DNA of 64,000 nucleotides from Eledone cirrhosa. Its lineage: Eukaryota. Position 1 is the first letter of the stretch; every line of letters starts with the position of its first letter. The stretch is taken from NCBI GenBank assembly GCA_964016885.1, contig OZ024759.1, positions 28,024,001-28,088,000 on the forward strand. The letters are read 5' to 3'. Of the stretch, positions 27,881-42,471 are shown in pieces. Made by a program: the position numbers and the translations under genes. Below the pieces are notes generated by a model. The model searched no databases and had not been told where the DNA came from. It saw nothing but the letters and a program-made list of their open reading frames with translations.

Positions 27881-28199
27881 GAGAGAGAGAGCGCGTGTCT
27901 GCGTATGTGTGATAGAGCGAGAGTGTGTGTGAGTGTGTATGAGTGCTTGTAAGTGTGTATGTTTGGGTATTCCATTCATAAGAGACCGTTATATTTCAGA
28001 AATTGAAATTAATATGTAGGTTGAGGTGAGATGTTAGAGATAGTATCATATCCACAAACGATATAGTTTTAATCAGTTATTTAATGGAACATCTTGACAT
28101 AATGACAACCTCTCTTTAGTCCCAATATTTCTTACTATTTTCCCCATTCATTTCTATCCTCTGGTCATCTCTCTTCACTTCTAGCTTCTACATCAATGC

Positions 28200-28715
28200 T
28201 TTCATATTTTCCTTCCTTCGCTCGTTCCTTGTTCATTCGTTTCTTGTTCGTTCGTTCCTCGTTCTTTCATTCTTCGTTCATTCGTTCCTCCTTCATACCC
28301 TCATACATTTGTTCATTCGTTCCTCGTTCATTCGTTCTTCGCTCATTCGTTTTTCGCTCATTCGTTCTTCGCTCATTCGTTCCTCGTTCATTCGTTCGTA
28401 CCCTCATATTTCGTTTATACGTTTCTCGTTCATTCGTTCGTGCCCTCATATTTCGTTCATTCGTTTGTTTCTTCAAACATTCGTCGATTCGTTCGTTTGT
28501 TCGTTCATTACATCATATATTCGTTCCTTCTTTCGTTCGTTCGTTCGTTCGTTCGTTCCTTCCTTTTTCTCTTACTTCATTCATTCCTGCCTTCCTTCAA
28601 TTGTTTCGCTCGTTCTTGCGTCCTTTCCTTAATTCCTACCTTTCTTCTTTCAATTCTTTCGCTCGTTCTTTCGTCCTCCCCTTTCTTCTTTTCCTTTCTT
28701 TCGTTCCTTCGTTTC
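28200..28715. repeat. Degenerate (TTCG)n/(TTCA)n tract
   Basis: Directly visible. Confidence 0.8.
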
Positions 28716-28959
28716 TTCCATTTTCATCCCTCCTCCCTCCCTTTCTCCCCCCCTCCCTTCTATTCAGTCATCCAGTCAACCATTCATCTCTTTCACCTTA
28801 ACTGCAACACTTTAAAAGAATCTTTCTGTCCTTCTGTGTCTGTATCTATCAACCTTTCTGATTCATATCTCCTTCTTACCAGCAACCCTCTCGGCGCTGG
28901 TCACACTACGCTATCAATCTTCTTATTGCTATTATATCACCATAAAGAGAAAATGACTG

Positions 28960-29445
28960 TGAGTGTGGTGTGGTGTGGTGTGGTGCGGTGTGGTGTGGTG
29001 TGGTATGGTGTGGTGCGGTATGGTGTGGTGTTGTGTAGTGTGGTGTGGTGTGGTATGGTGTGATGCTGTGTAGTGTGGTGTGGTATGGTGTGGTGCAGTG
29101 TGGTATGGTGTGGTGTGGTGTTGTGTGGTGTGGTGTGGTATGGTGTGGTGTAGTGTGGTGTGATGTGGTGTAGTGTGTTGTGGTGTTGTGGTGGGGGTGA
29201 TGGTGTGGTGTGGTGAAGGTTGGATGTTGTGGTGGTGCAGTGTGGTGGAAGTGTGATGTTGTGGTGGTGTGGCGGTGGGATTTTGTGGTGGTGTGATGAT
29301 GAGATGTTATGGAGATGTGTTGTTGTGGTGGTAGTGGTGTGGTGTGTTGTTGTGGTGTGGCGCTGGGATGTTGTGCTGGTGAGATGAGGTCACGGAGGGA
29401 TGTGGTGGGGTGGTGGTGTGATAGTGTGATGTGGTGGTGTGGTGA
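28960..29445. repeat. (GTGTG)n pentamer-type array, decaying rightwards
   Basis: Directly visible. Confidence 0.85.
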
Positions 29446-30079
29446 GTGGTCTGGCAGGTTTTGTTTGGTGACTTGTTGGTGAGTAAAGGCGGAGAATGAA
29501 AGGAAGAGCCGGCAGCCATCTTTGTGTGATAAAGTAAGAATATATTGATTTGTCTGACATATTGTGTACACACACACTTATATATGTCTGCCATTTTGAA
29601 CATACATATATGCACACATTCATACATACATATACATATGTACTCACATACACATACATGTGAAATATGTACGTATGTATATATCTGTGTATATATATAT
29701 ATGTATATATTAATGTATACTTTTTATACATGTTGTTGCAGTCTCAGTTACACACTTCGTATTTATACAGATATAACTTTATCATATATATATATATGTG
29801 TGTGTTTGTGTGTGTGTGTGTGTGTGCGTGTATCTATCTCTCTACATGATTACGTAAATATGAATCTGTACTCGTACACATACAAAAGGCATGGATATAC
29901 ACACACATATATATTTACCTTGGTGGGGTTTGAACTAAGGGAGCCGGGAGAGGGAACGAATACCGCAAAGCATTATATCCAACGTCTCTAACGACTTTGC
30001 CAATTCACCATCTTCATCTATAAGTTTAAACCATCAATTGAAATACCACTGAGCGTAATTTGACCAATATTGCTAGTAG

Positions 30080-30595
30080 GTCAAGCTAAACATTAAGAGA
30101 CCTTCGACAGCTATTAATGGAGGGTCAAACTAAACATTAACAGACCTCCGACTGCTATTTATGAAGGGTCACACTAAATATTAAGAGACCTCCGACTGCT
30201 ATTTATGGAGGGTCACACTAAATATTAAGAGACCTTCGACAGCTATTTATGAAGGGTCACACTAAATATTAAGAGACATCCGACTGCTATTTATGGAGGG
30301 TCACACTAAATATTAAGAGACCTCCGACTGCTATTTATGGAGGGTCACACTAAATATTAAGAGACATCCGAATGCTATTTATGGAGGGTCACACTAAATA
30401 TTAAGAGACATCCGACTGCTATTTATGAAAGGTCACACTAAATATTAAGAGACATCCGAATGCTATTTATGGAGGGTCACACTAAAGAGACATCCGAATG
30501 CTATTTATGGAGGGTCACACTAAAGAGACATCCGAATGCTATTTATGGAGGGTCACACTAAAGAGACATCCGAATGCTATTTATGGAGGGTCAAA
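30080..30595. repeat. 44-bp minisatellite; last three units 38 bp
   Basis: GGTCACACTAAATATTAAGAGACCTCCGACTGCTATTTATGGAG at 30211, 30255 etc.; a 6-bp deletion is shared by the final units. Confidence 0.95.
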
Positions 30596-30683
30596 CAAAC
30601 AAATAAGAAAGCTCCAGTTAATGCAAATATCTAGGTTATTCACCGTAACCTTCTGTAAATAGCAGAACAACTTCAGGGCGGAC

Positions 30684-30929
30684 ATAATATATATAAAAGC
30701 AAGTCGGTCTGTGTGTCTGTGTGTCTGTCTGTGTACAAATACTAGGCTCCTTTTAACTTTTGAAGTACTAAGCCGATTTGGCACGTGCTATTGAGGGGAC
30801 CTCTCATTGGCTAGCCAATTAGCTGACATAAGCTGACATGCACTCAGAAATTGCTAGCTAAGCCATAAACGACCTTGAACAATTCAGGCTGTCATTCATT
30901 TCCCGAGCAACGCCAGGTACATCTGCTAG
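30684..30929 (+). mobile_element. Non-autonomous Helitron, ~245 bp
   Basis: 5' TAATATATATAAAAGC..(TGTC)n and 3' CCCGAGCAACGCCAGG-TACATCTG-CTAG|T; same terminal architecture as 18958-19547, 5' TC degraded. Confidence 0.75.
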
Positions 30930-31149
30930 TAATATATAAATGAATAGATAACTAAGATAAAATAGAATAAAATAAAATAACATGAAATAAAATACATGAC
31001 ATATTTCTAGTTCTTACGACTTCTATCAGTAAGTCAATAGCAACATCTGTAAATTATAATATATATATATATAAACACTAAAGTACTTAACAACAACTAT
31101 GGCAGGGACAACAACGACATTAACGACGAAGACATCTAAAACAACAATA

Positions 31150-31815
31150 ATAATTGTTTCTACTTTAGGCACAAGGCCAGCAATTACCCAGTGCATTACT
31201 GGTACTTTATTTTATCGACCCCGTAAGGATGAAAGGCAAAGTCAACCTCGGCGGGATAATAATGGTTTCTACGTTTGGCACAAGGTCAGAATTTATCCCA
31301 GTGTATTACTGGTACTTTATTTTATCGACTCCGTAAGGATGAAAGGCAAAGTTAACCTCGGCGGGATTTGAACTCAGACCATAAAGGGCCGTAACTCTTT
31401 GCTTGCAAAGCATGGCGTCCGACCCTCTACCAATACTGCCACTCCAATAATAATGGTTTCTGATTTGGACACAAGGCCAGCAATTTTAAGGAAATTGACC
31501 TCAGTACATTACTGATACTTTGTTTTATCGACCCCCTAAGGATGAAAGATAAAGCTTTGAACTTTCTGCTGTAAAGTATTGTGTCCGATGCTCTACCGAC
31601 ACTGCCAACACACCGCCCTAATAATTGTTTCTACGTTTGGCACAAGGCCAGCAATTACTCAGTGCATTACTGGTACTTTATTTTATCGACCCCGTAAGGA
31701 TGAAAGGCAAAGTTAACCTCGGCGCGATTTGAACTCGGACCGTAAAGGGCCATAACTCTATGTTGCAAAGCATGTCCGACCCTCTACTGATACTGCTAAT
31801 TCAACACCCTAATAA
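31150..31815 (-). mobile_element. Head-to-tail array of about 4 family-1 SINE units
   Basis: Same core at about 31200, 31310, 31510 and 31670. Confidence 0.9.
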
Positions 31816-31980
31816 TAATGATAATGATGATAATGATAATGATTTCTTTGTTAGCCATACATGGCTAACATTAAGAGAACATTGAAGAAGACACAGGTCG
31901 TGAAAAAGCAGTACAGTGTGGGCTTTTGTGTGTAAGAAGTGTGTAACAAAAACTAAAAAATAGAATCCCATATAAATAGT

Positions 31981-32659
31981 CTAAAGTCTGTATCGAGCTC
32001 AGAGGCTCATCAGGTGGTGTTTGTCCCAGTTTCCATTGGGTTAAGCGACTGAGAGTATAATACTCTCCTTTGGACAGGACGCTAGTCCATCGTATGGTTA
32101 AACCTCCAGCTATTTCTGGTACTCATTTTCAGTTGACTATACTGGAGCAACATGAGATGAAGTGTTTTGCTCAAGAACACAAATAAGAAAAATAAGACAT
32201 GAACCATAATAAAGAAGCTATGAAGCAACCTTAAGGTAGATATATATATTCGAGAGAGACGTAGTTGGTTTAAAGTATTTTACGAACATAGCGTATATAT
32301 TAGGGTTAAACCTCCAGGTATTACTGGTACTTATTTTCAGTTGAGTATACTGAAGCAATATGAAATGAAGTGTTTTGCTCAAGAACACAACACAGACGAA
32401 GAATAATAACTAGACAAAAGAAATTTAAGACGCCATGAAAGCAACCTTAAGGTAGATATATATATTGGAAAGAGACGTAGTTGGTTTAAAGTATTTTACG
32501 AATATAGCATATATATTAGGGTTAAACCACCAGGTATTACTGGTACTTATTTTCAGTTGAAATGAAGTGTTTTGCTCAAGAACACAACCCATAACCCAGA
32601 AGGCGAAGAAAAATAAGACACAAGACATAAGATATTTAAGATGCTATGAAAGCAACCTT

Positions 32660-32698
<39 letters not shown>

Positions 32699-32760
32699 GA
32701 GAGACGTAGTTGGTTTAAAGTATTTTACGAACATAGCTTATATATTATTGGTGTGTTGGT
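31981..32760 (-). mobile_element. SINE (GTGTTCTTGAGCAAAACACTT-type) followed by local ~220-bp triplication
   Basis: AAGTGTTTTGCTCAAGAACACAA and GCAACCTTAAGGTA..GAGAGACGTAGTTGGTTTAAAGTATTTTACG each occur three times. Confidence 0.7.
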
Positions 32761-33226
32761 AATGGAACAGACAGTTTGTCTGGAAGAGTTAGCTGAGGTT
32801 AAATGGTAGAAGTCAAAGATGTTTCTGAACCACATCTTGGCTTCATAAATACGATTTAGAAGAAATAACATAGATACACTCAACCTGTGTATGTGTGTAC
32901 ATATGTATGTATGTATGTGTGTACATATGTATGTATGTTTGTATGTATGTATGTATGTATGTATGTATGTATGTATGTATGTATGTATGTATGTATGTAT
33001 GTATGAATGTGTACATATGTGTGTGCATGTGCGTGTATGTATGTATGTATTTGTGTATGCATGTGTCCATATGTGTGTGCATGTGTGTATGTATGTATGT
33101 ATGTATATATATATGTGTGTGTATGTATATATATATATGTGTGTGTGTGTATGTATATATATATGTGTGCGTATGTATATATATATATGTGTGTGTATTG
33201 AATTGTTATACACACATACAAACAAG

Positions 33227-33306
<80 letters not shown>

Positions 33307-33307
33307 T

Positions 33308-33354
<47 letters not shown>

Positions 33355-33449
33355 GGCATCTCCCTCCGGTAAGTCCAAAGAAATATCTAACAAAGAAATA
33401 TTTTCATTTATTGTTGTTGCTGTTGTTATTATTGTTGTAGTAGTTATTG

Positions 33450-33715
33450 TCCGGAAAAGGAGACGGCAGTTGGCCGGCCACATCCTTCGTTTGCCGGCAG
33501 ATCGACCTGCTCATATTGCCATGGATTGGGTACCAGAGGGTGGCAGGAGAGAACGGGGAAGACCACGAAAAACATGGCGGAGCACATTCAGGGAGGACCT
33601 GCGGGAGATGGGAATTACCTGGAGAGGTGCTAGAAGGGCCGCCAGTGACAGGATCAAGTGGAGAAAGCTCGTCGCCCAATGTTCCACAAGGGACTGGAGG
33701 GACTAAGACTAAGAG
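33450..33715 (+). mobile_element. 5'-truncated RTE-clade LINE 3' end, uninterrupted frame
   Basis: [84 protein letters not shown], then a short GACTAA repeat tail. Confidence 0.9.
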
Positions 33716-33774
33716 TAGTTATTGTAGTTATTACAGTCGTTTTAGTCAACTGATGTTATAGGTTGTTCTTGTTT

Positions 33775-33805
<31 letters not shown>

Positions 33806-33892
33806 GGTGATAGTAGAGTAGTTGTGGTGGTTGTAGCAGTTGTATTAGTGGTGGTGGTGGTGGTTTTAGAAGTAGTTGTAGTAGTAGTTATG

Positions 33893-33924
<32 letters not shown>

Positions 33925-34024
33925 GGTTGTAGAAGTTGTAATAGTAGTAGTGGTGGTGTTTGTAGTTGTTGTAAGGATGTAGTTTAAGCTAGTAACAATA
34001 ACAGAAACACTGATATAATGTCGA

Positions 34025-34203
34025 TAATTGTTTCTACTTTTGGCACAAGGCCAGCAAATACCCAGTGTATTACTGGTACTTTATTTTATCGACCCCGTAA
34101 GGATGAAAGGCAAAGTTAATCTCGGGATTTGAACTCAGAATGGCAAGGGCAGTAACTCTATACGTCAAAGCATGGCGTCCGAACCTCTACCGATACTGCC
34201 AAT
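34025..34203 (-). mobile_element. SINE family 1
   Basis: Core and B-box as in other copies. Confidence 0.85.
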
Positions 34204-34384
34204 GTCGATAATGATGCTATGATGATGATGATGTAAATGACGAAAAGGATGTTGGCTATGATGATTATGATGATTTTAATGATGATAACGATGGTGATGA
34301 TGATCTTGAGTTCATGATGACGACGGTGATGATGATGATGATGATGATGTTGATGACCTAACCCCAATCCTAACATTTAATTTT

Positions 34385-34660
34385 TGAGCTCAAATCACGC
34401 CGAGGTTAGTTTATCCTTTCATCCTTACGGGGTCAATAAAAAAAGTACCAGTAACGCACTGGGGTCGATTTAATCGACTTTCCCCTTCCCCAAAATTTAG
34501 GAGCAAGGCTAACAATTTTGTTAGCCCTGCTCCTAAATTAGACACCATTATGAGAGCGGTGGATTGTTAGACTCGGTAGAGTGTCGGACATATAGTTACT
34601 ACTTTCTACGTTCTGAGTTCCAAACTCGTTCTGGTTAGCTTTGCTTTTCATCCTTACTGT
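34385..34660 (+). mobile_element. SINE family 1, two partial units
   Basis: CCTTTCATCCTTACGGGGTCAATAAA..GTACCAG followed by a second head. Confidence 0.75.
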
Positions 34661-35032
34661 CTTCTTCTTCTTCTTCTTCTTCTTCTTCTTCTTCTTCTTC
34701 TTCTTCTTTTTCTTCTTTATTTATTCTTTTGTCTTCTTCTTTTGTCTTCTTCTTCTTCTTCTTCTTCTTCTTCTTCTTCTTCTTCTTCTTCTTCTTCTTC
34801 TTCTTTTGTCTTCTTCTTCTTCTTCTTCTTCTTGAGAGGGGTCGTGGGGGCAGAGTCCTCAAACACAGGTCCATAGTATCGGAGCTGTGTTACCCCGATT
34901 CCCTTCCATTTGTTGGTCTTCAGCCAAACATCGAAACAATTATTACTTTTTTTTTTTTCATCCTGGGAGTTGGAATTCGTGTTTTCTTACAATAATTGTG
35001 GTTTTCATTTAATTATTATCATTGTCCATACT

Positions 35033-35066
<34 letters not shown>

Positions 35067-35334
35067 GTCGGTGTAGTTGTTGTTCATGTTGCTGTTGCTG
35101 CTGCTGCTCATGATGCTGTTGTCTATGTTGAGGTTGTTTATGACATCAATGTTGTTGCTGATGTTGGTGTTATGATATTAATCTCACCGTTGTTCATGTT
35201 GTTGTTGATGATGTTATTTATGATGTTGTTGTTGTTTGCTCAACACTTTAAGTGGATAAATCTTTCTCCTTTGTAAAAAAATATTGATCTTCGTCATAAT
35301 CCTGCCCCCCCCCTCACATCCGATAGCATTAATA

Positions 35335-35376
<42 letters not shown>

Positions 35377-35480
35377 AAATAATAATATTACTTTCATTGT
35401 TATTGTTATTGTTATTTTTGTTAAGGCATTAAAGAAAATATCTTGAAAATGAATCATTTTTCTAGCAATTAGTATTTATG

Positions 35481-35521
<41 letters not shown>

Positions 35522-35670
35522 GTTGTTGTTGTTGTTGTTATTAGTAATGTATTTGGTTTTCTGAGAGAAGCAATTATATTTTGTCCAGTTTTACAACGAT
35601 GAAAAAGAAAAAAGAAAACAAAATGAAAAGAAGTTTAAAAGATAGAAATATAATACACATACACACATAT

Positions 35671-35716
<46 letters not shown>

Positions 35717-36139
35717 CTATATACATATACACATGCATGTATACAAAAAAATAAACACGCACTCGCATATTTATACAAATGTGTATATATGTATATTTAT
35801 ATAAATATATATATTTACAAATGTATATATATATATATACATGCACGTACACACACATGTATATATGTATGTATATTTATATAAATATATATATTTACAA
35901 ACGTATATATATATATACATACACACACGCACATACATATATGTGTGTGTGTGTGTGCAAGTGTTTGTGTTCGTATGTTTGTGTATAATAAATCAAAGCC
36001 TTAAAATGTAGTAGTTTAAAAATGAAAACAACAACAAGATTATGTTGAAACAAGAAACAACAACAAAAATGAAATATTAAAATAAATTATTCCAGTCTAG
36101 AAACTGTAAGTTGTGTGAGGAAAGTACCGACTACTATGT

Positions 36140-36740
36140 TGAGATAAACATTATTAGTACCTGTTATACAATGAGGGAGAACTAGCGTTGGGGTACTGAG
36201 AAATAGATGGAGGGTACTTCGAGATAGCTTAAAGGGCCATTTCAGAAGTGGCGTGGTACCTTGAGCCATTGGGATGGTATTTCGAGTGGAGCCACGAAAT
36301 AGCTGGGGGTACCATGGAATAGTTTTAGGGGACACCTCGGAAGCGGGGGGGGGGGGGGGGGTACCACGAGGCATTGAGCTGGTATTTCGAGTGGTACCAG
36401 GAAATAGGTGGGGGTACCATGAGACTGCGGGGTGGAGCCACGGAACAGATTGAGGGTGTAACTCAAAATAATGGCGTGGTACCTTGACACATCGGGATGG
36501 TACTTTTAGATAGTGTGGTGACATGAAATAGCATGTGCTTTCTCGAAATAGTAATGGCGTGCCACAAAATATCTGCGTTGGATATCGAAATAGCAGAGTG
36601 CCACCGCGAAACAGTAGTGTGGTACCCAGAAATAATAGGTTACTACCTAGAAATTCAAGGTGTCACCCCGAGAAAGTATGTTACTTCACCGAAAAATTCA
36701 AGCTGGCATCACAATATATCATACACTATGGTATCTAGGA
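36140..36740. repeat. Degenerate GC-richer tandem repeat (GGTACC..GAAATAG-like units)
   Basis: Recurring GGTAC and GAAATAG words at roughly 20-bp spacing. Confidence 0.55.
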
Positions 36741-36769
36741 GAGTTCCTACAAGTTTGAACATTTTCAGC

Positions 36770-36859
<90 letters not shown>

Positions 36860-36994
36860 GCCACATCTTCACTTCCATGTTAACATAGGACATCTTCCAG
36901 CAAAACTATGAACTCACAATCACTCCAACCATGACCACCATTCCATCTTTGCCCTATGTTCTATGTGTAAGCTGAACCCAGTAAAACATTAGAC

Positions 36995-37462
36995 CAGCGA
37001 TTCTCAACCGGCGTTCCCCGGAATTCTAGGATTCCGCAAGAGGTCGCTAGGGGTTCTGCAAGAAACAGATAAGCAAGCTAAGGTGAGCCCTCATAAAGGA
37101 GCAGTATGATTTTTTTCCCCAAGGAATTTGACAAAAGGGGGTCATGTTTTGATTAAACCAGTTATTCGAAAAAATATATTATGTTTACCATGTGAACTTC
37201 AATAGAAATATAACAGTGATAGATATCTATAATAGTATATAATTGTTTCTACTTATGGCACAAGGCCAGCAATTACCCAGTGCATTACTGGTACTTTATT
37301 TTATCGACCCCGTTAACCTCGGCGGGATTTGAATTCACTCCGCAAAGGGACGTAATTGTACTGCAAAGCATGGCGTCCGACCCTCTACCGATACAGGGGT
37401 TGCCTGAGACATGAGAACTATTTCAAGGGTTACACCAGGGTAAAAAAGGTTGAGAAACACTG
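36995..37462. mobile_element. hAT (Charlie-like) MITE with nested SINE
   Basis: TIRs CAGCGATTCTCAACC ... GGTTGAGAAACACTG; 8-bp flanks CATTAGAC / CTTTAGTT (5/8 match, decayed TSD); family-1 SINE at about 37240-37393 inside; a related right end at about 37930-38000. Confidence 0.75.
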
Positions 37463-37594
37463 CTTTAGTTGGACTGGGGCTAGAGAGAGAGAGAGAGAGA
37501 TAGATAGATAGAGAGAGAGATAGAGAGAGAGCACTTGGTTACTAATTATAATAAAGGCTTCAAACTACAAAACAAATAACTAAGACATAGACAT

Positions 37595-37910
37595 TAATAA
37601 TGGTTTCTGATTTAGGCACAAGGCCAGCAGTTTTGGGGGAGAGGGAAGTCGACTAAATCTTCCCCAGTGCTTGATTGGTACTTTATTTTATCGACCCCGT
37701 AACTATATTCATAATTGTTTCTATTTTTGGCACAAGGCCAGAAATTACTCCAGTGTATTACTGGTGCTTTATTTTATCGACCCCGTAAGGATGAAAGGCA
37801 AAGTTAACCTCGGCGGGATTTGAACTCAGACCGTAAAGGGCCGTAACTCTATGCTGGAAAGCATGGCGTCCGACCCTCTACCGATACTGCCAATCCACCG
37901 CCCTAATAAT
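37595..37910 (-). mobile_element. Two family-1 SINE units
   Basis: Core at about 37680 and 37770. Confidence 0.85.
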
Positions 37911-39072
37911 GGTATATAAAATATTTATGCAGGGCTTCCTTGAGATATGGGAATTATTTCAAGGGTTCTACAAGGAGAAAAAAGTTGAGAAAACTACTGC
38001 ATTATATAAACAACGTGTCCATTTCTAAGATGGCGACGAGGACGACGTTGTTGTAGTTGTTGTTGTTGCTGTTATTGCCTTATAGTTTTTTTTCCTTTCT
38101 TACGTGATTCTTCCATTTATATTTTTAACGTCTTAATAGGAAAAAAATAACATATAAAAATAACAAAAACAAAAGAAAGATATCAAAAACAACAACACAC
38201 AAATAAAAAAAAATAACAAAAACAAAAGAAAGATTAAAATTTTGAAATTATTAAGAAAAGTAATTAAGAGATGAAACCAAGAAAAAGGGAAGGAAATAAA
38301 ACCATGAAAAGACGAATATTTTTCAGTAAGCAAAGAAAAAATTGTATTTATTCAATGATCAACGTTTAAAAAACGATGTGAATCTATAAATCTATGATTT
38401 CATAGTTTTATAGATAATACTGAAAAAATAATAATAATGAAAATAATAATAAAAAGATAACGTTTGGCCTTCATCTGAGATGTTTGAAATATCATAAAAT
38501 CGCCATAAGAGATCTCGTCATGTCACTTGATTCTCGTTCAACTGATCAAAGTGAAATTTTATGCTCACGACTCATCAATTCGTTTCTACTTTACTCTTTC
38601 TTTCTATCTTTCTTTCTTTTTACCTTTCTTTCTTTCTTTTTATCTTTCTTTCTTTCTCTCTCTCTCTCCCTTTCTCCCCCTCTCCCCCCTCTCTCTCTCT
38701 CTACACACATATATATATATATAAAGATGTTGACGTATGGTTGTGTGTGTGTTTATATATGTGTATATGGGCATGTATATATATATATATATGTATGTAT
38801 GTATATATATAAATATATACACATATATATATATATATACATATATGTATATATATATATATACATATATGTATATATATATATATACATATATGTATAT
38901 ATATATATACATATATATATATAAATATACATACATATACATATATATATATATACATATACATATATATATATATATATACATATATATATACATACAT
39001 ATACATATATATATATACATATACATATATACATATACATATATATATACATACATATATATATATATAAAT

Positions 39073-39105
<33 letters not shown>

Positions 39106-39145
39106 AATATATAAATATATATATATATATAAATATATATATATA

Positions 39146-39382
39146 TATTATTATTATGTAATAAACAACATAAGGAAATTATTCCATTTACCAGTGGTTT
39201 CTTAAAAGCAAGAGGTTTTGCTTTCAATCCTCAGAATGAAAAAATCCTGGTTTGTTTATTGAAATTCAATAAACAAACCAGGATTTTTTCATTCTGAGGA
39301 TTGAAAGCAAAACCTCTTGCTTTTAAGAAACCACTGGTAAATGGAATAATTGCCTTATGTTGTTTATTACATAATAATAATA
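39146..39382. repeat. 237-bp near-perfect palindrome
   Basis: 118-bp arms around a single A at 39264; one mismatch seen. Confidence 0.95.
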
Positions 39383-39445
39383 ATTAAGCTCTGTTGCCTA
39401 CATAGAGCACTCTTTTTTCCTGGACTTTTCCGATGGAATTACTTC

Positions 39446-39480
<35 letters not shown>

Positions 39481-39585
39481 TATATAAATATATATATAAA
39501 TATATATATATAAATATATATAAATATATATATATATATATATGAAATACTGTTGGCTTCACGCTCACAACAATTTCTATACTTT

Positions 39586-39676
<91 letters not shown>

Positions 39677-39868
39677 CAAGAGAACAAAATAAATTTAAAG
39701 TAAAATATATTTACACTCACGTCGTTGGATATTTTTTTGTCAATATTTCTGATTGTTACACACACACACACACATATATTCCAAAATACATGCTGGCATC
39801 TACACACACTTGCAAACCTTAATATATTTATTAGTATATGCGCATATCTATTTATGCATGTGTTCATG

Positions 39869-40011
<143 letters not shown>

Positions 40012-40056
40012 CACAAGTAAGATGTAACTATAAACATATATTTACAGCAGAATGCA

Positions 40057-40100
<44 letters not shown>

Positions 40101-40677
40101 GTACTACTGCTGCTGCTGCACAGAGAAATATAATATGAGAGAGAAAGAAAGAGAGAGATAGAGAGAGACAGAGAGATAGATATAGAGGGAGACAGAGAGA
40201 TAACTATAAACATGCCCCTGGCTAGAAAGAGGTGCCTGTAATGCAGGTAATTCCCTGATCTCTATTCGAACCCCTGACCTATCAGCTATTACTCTATACC
40301 ACCACCACCACCATTATGTACCCCCACCATCATGTCCCCCCCCCCACCATCATGTCCCTCGCTTGACATGAGTGATAAAAGACTCTAAATATTAAATTAT
40401 AACTCGAAAATCTCCTGCAGCGACTATCTTCTGTTTGAAGTATTATTTCGCCATTATCTACTGTTCATCTCTAACAAACTTATTTGTAATTTAAATCGAA
40501 AGAGATTTAATTATAGGAATTAATATAAGTCCGGTTTGATCTTATCTCTAAAACGGCCATTACTCTCATTTTAATTCTATTTTACTTCAGTCTTTGCATC
40601 TGACTTTCCTCAAATGAAGAAAACCAATTTGGCAATACATTTCTGATTTTTGTCTTCACTGGCGGCTTGCCTAACCG

Positions 40678-40870
40678 AGGTAACTAGTGATGCTTGTGAA
40701 GGCGCTTGGCTGTTCCAGAGTATCAGCCTCGCCATCACCCTAGGTAACTGGGGATGCTCGTGAAGGCACTCTGCTGTTCCAGTGAATCAGCCTCGCCATC
40801 ACCCTAGGTAACTGGCGATGCTCGTGAAGGCACTTGGCTATTCCAGCGCATCAGCCTCGTCATCACGCGA
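40678..40870. repeat. ~64-bp tandem repeat, 3 copies
   Basis: GGTAACT..GATGCT.GTGAAGGC...TTCCAG...ATCAGCCTCG.CATCAC at about 40679, 40743 and 40807. Confidence 0.9.
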
Positions 40871-41292
40871 TGTAACGCTGCGAGCGTGCTGGCTTGCCTC
40901 AAAACTTATTAGAAAGGTTTTCTAGTGTTCCTCGCGATATTGTTATTTTTTGCTCTGATACCGGTCGTTTGTTCACCCCTTTTACCTGCTTTTGTTGAAT
41001 GTGGCCCTACATGTGTGTATTACCTGTTGTATGTGGTACTACATGTGTGTATTACCTGTTGCATGTGGTCCTACATGTGTGTATTACATGCTTGTGTGTT
41101 TACTTTTCTTTTTTCCCTTCCTTTTCTTTTTTCTTTCTCTTTTTATTTGTAATATCATAACATCGGTTATGTTGACAAATAAAAAAAATCCTTTCAAAGT
41201 AGGTTTAAATCTAACTTCTGCTTTACAGATCAAATAACAATAGATTCTTGTTGCTTTCAAAAGAAACCAAATCGTTATCCCTTTATTATTTA

Positions 41293-41775
41293 TCTGAGTT
41301 CAAATCCCGCCAAGGTTAACTTTGCCTTTCATCCTTACGGAGTCGATAAAATAAAGTACCAGTAATGTACTGGGTAATTGCTGGCCTTGTGCCAAAAAGT
41401 AGAAACAATTATTTATTAGAGGATTGGCAGTATCGGTAGAGGGTCGGACATCATGCTTTGACGCATAGTGTTACGGCCCTTGCCATTCTGAGTTCAAATC
41501 CCGCCGAGATTAACTTTATCTTTCATCCTTACGGGGTCGATAAAATAAAGTACCAGTAATGCACTGGGTAATTGCTGGCCTTGTGCCAAAAGTAGAAACG
41601 ATTATTTATTATTTCATTCAGAGCATGCGGTGGATTGGTAGTAATCGGTAGAGGGTTGGACAACCAGTCTTTGCGGCATGGAGTTACGGTCCTTTACGTT
41701 CTGAGTGCAAATTCCGCTTTAGAATACGTTAGCTTTGCCTTTCATCATTACGGAGTCGATGAAATAAAGTACCTA
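41293..41775 (+). mobile_element. Head-to-tail array of 3 family-1 SINEs
   Basis: CTGAGTTCAAATCCCGCC at about 41294 and 41488, diverged third copy at about 41701. Confidence 0.9.
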
Positions 41776-41959
41776 TAACGTCTTTATTTTCTACCTTTTA
41801 TTTTCTATATCTATCCATTGAGTTCCTGTCTCTCTTTTTGTACTCTTGAAGAACGGCTAAAGCCGACATGTTGAACTTTCTTCTAAGACTTTTATACCTC
41901 TGTTTGCTGTTTCCTTGAACTATATATATACACAAACACACACACACACGCACACACAT

Positions 41960-42026
<67 letters not shown>

Positions 42027-42413
42027 AGAGTATTGAAACCTCAGATATTCAAATCAACAAACAGCGAAAGACGCGTTCCGAGTTGTCCGACAGACAACCT
42101 TTTCCCCCACCCCGGAAAAACCCCCAGTTGATGGATGTGAATCCGAAATATATAGGGACTATTAAATCTCTCCCAAGGTAACTCTCTCTTGTGTTGTTAT
42201 TTTTATTTTTATCCTTTATACTCTTCCCTTCATTCTACACATCTCACACATCTTATACACACCACGCATCTCAACGTACACCCACTTACATCTCTCTCTC
42301 CACCACCGGACCTTGTTACCCGGAGATTTACCCATTTGCATTGTCGAGGCTTCCAAACGACTTAAAGATATTTACATATATATATATATATACTTCGTTC
42401 TTTTTACTATTAT

Positions 42414-42471
<58 letters not shown>

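Noticed and set aside
41843-41876. TTGAAGA-AC-GGCT(aa)AGCC-GACA-TGTT hammerhead-like word
   Set aside because: Two core substitutions; a plausible relic only, not counted.
42068-42100. Minus-strand hairpin followed by GGAACGCGTC, and a similar GAACGCGCGTC near 42528
   Set aside because: Resemble hammerhead 3' halves but no CUGANGA was found and the GAAA box is imperfect.
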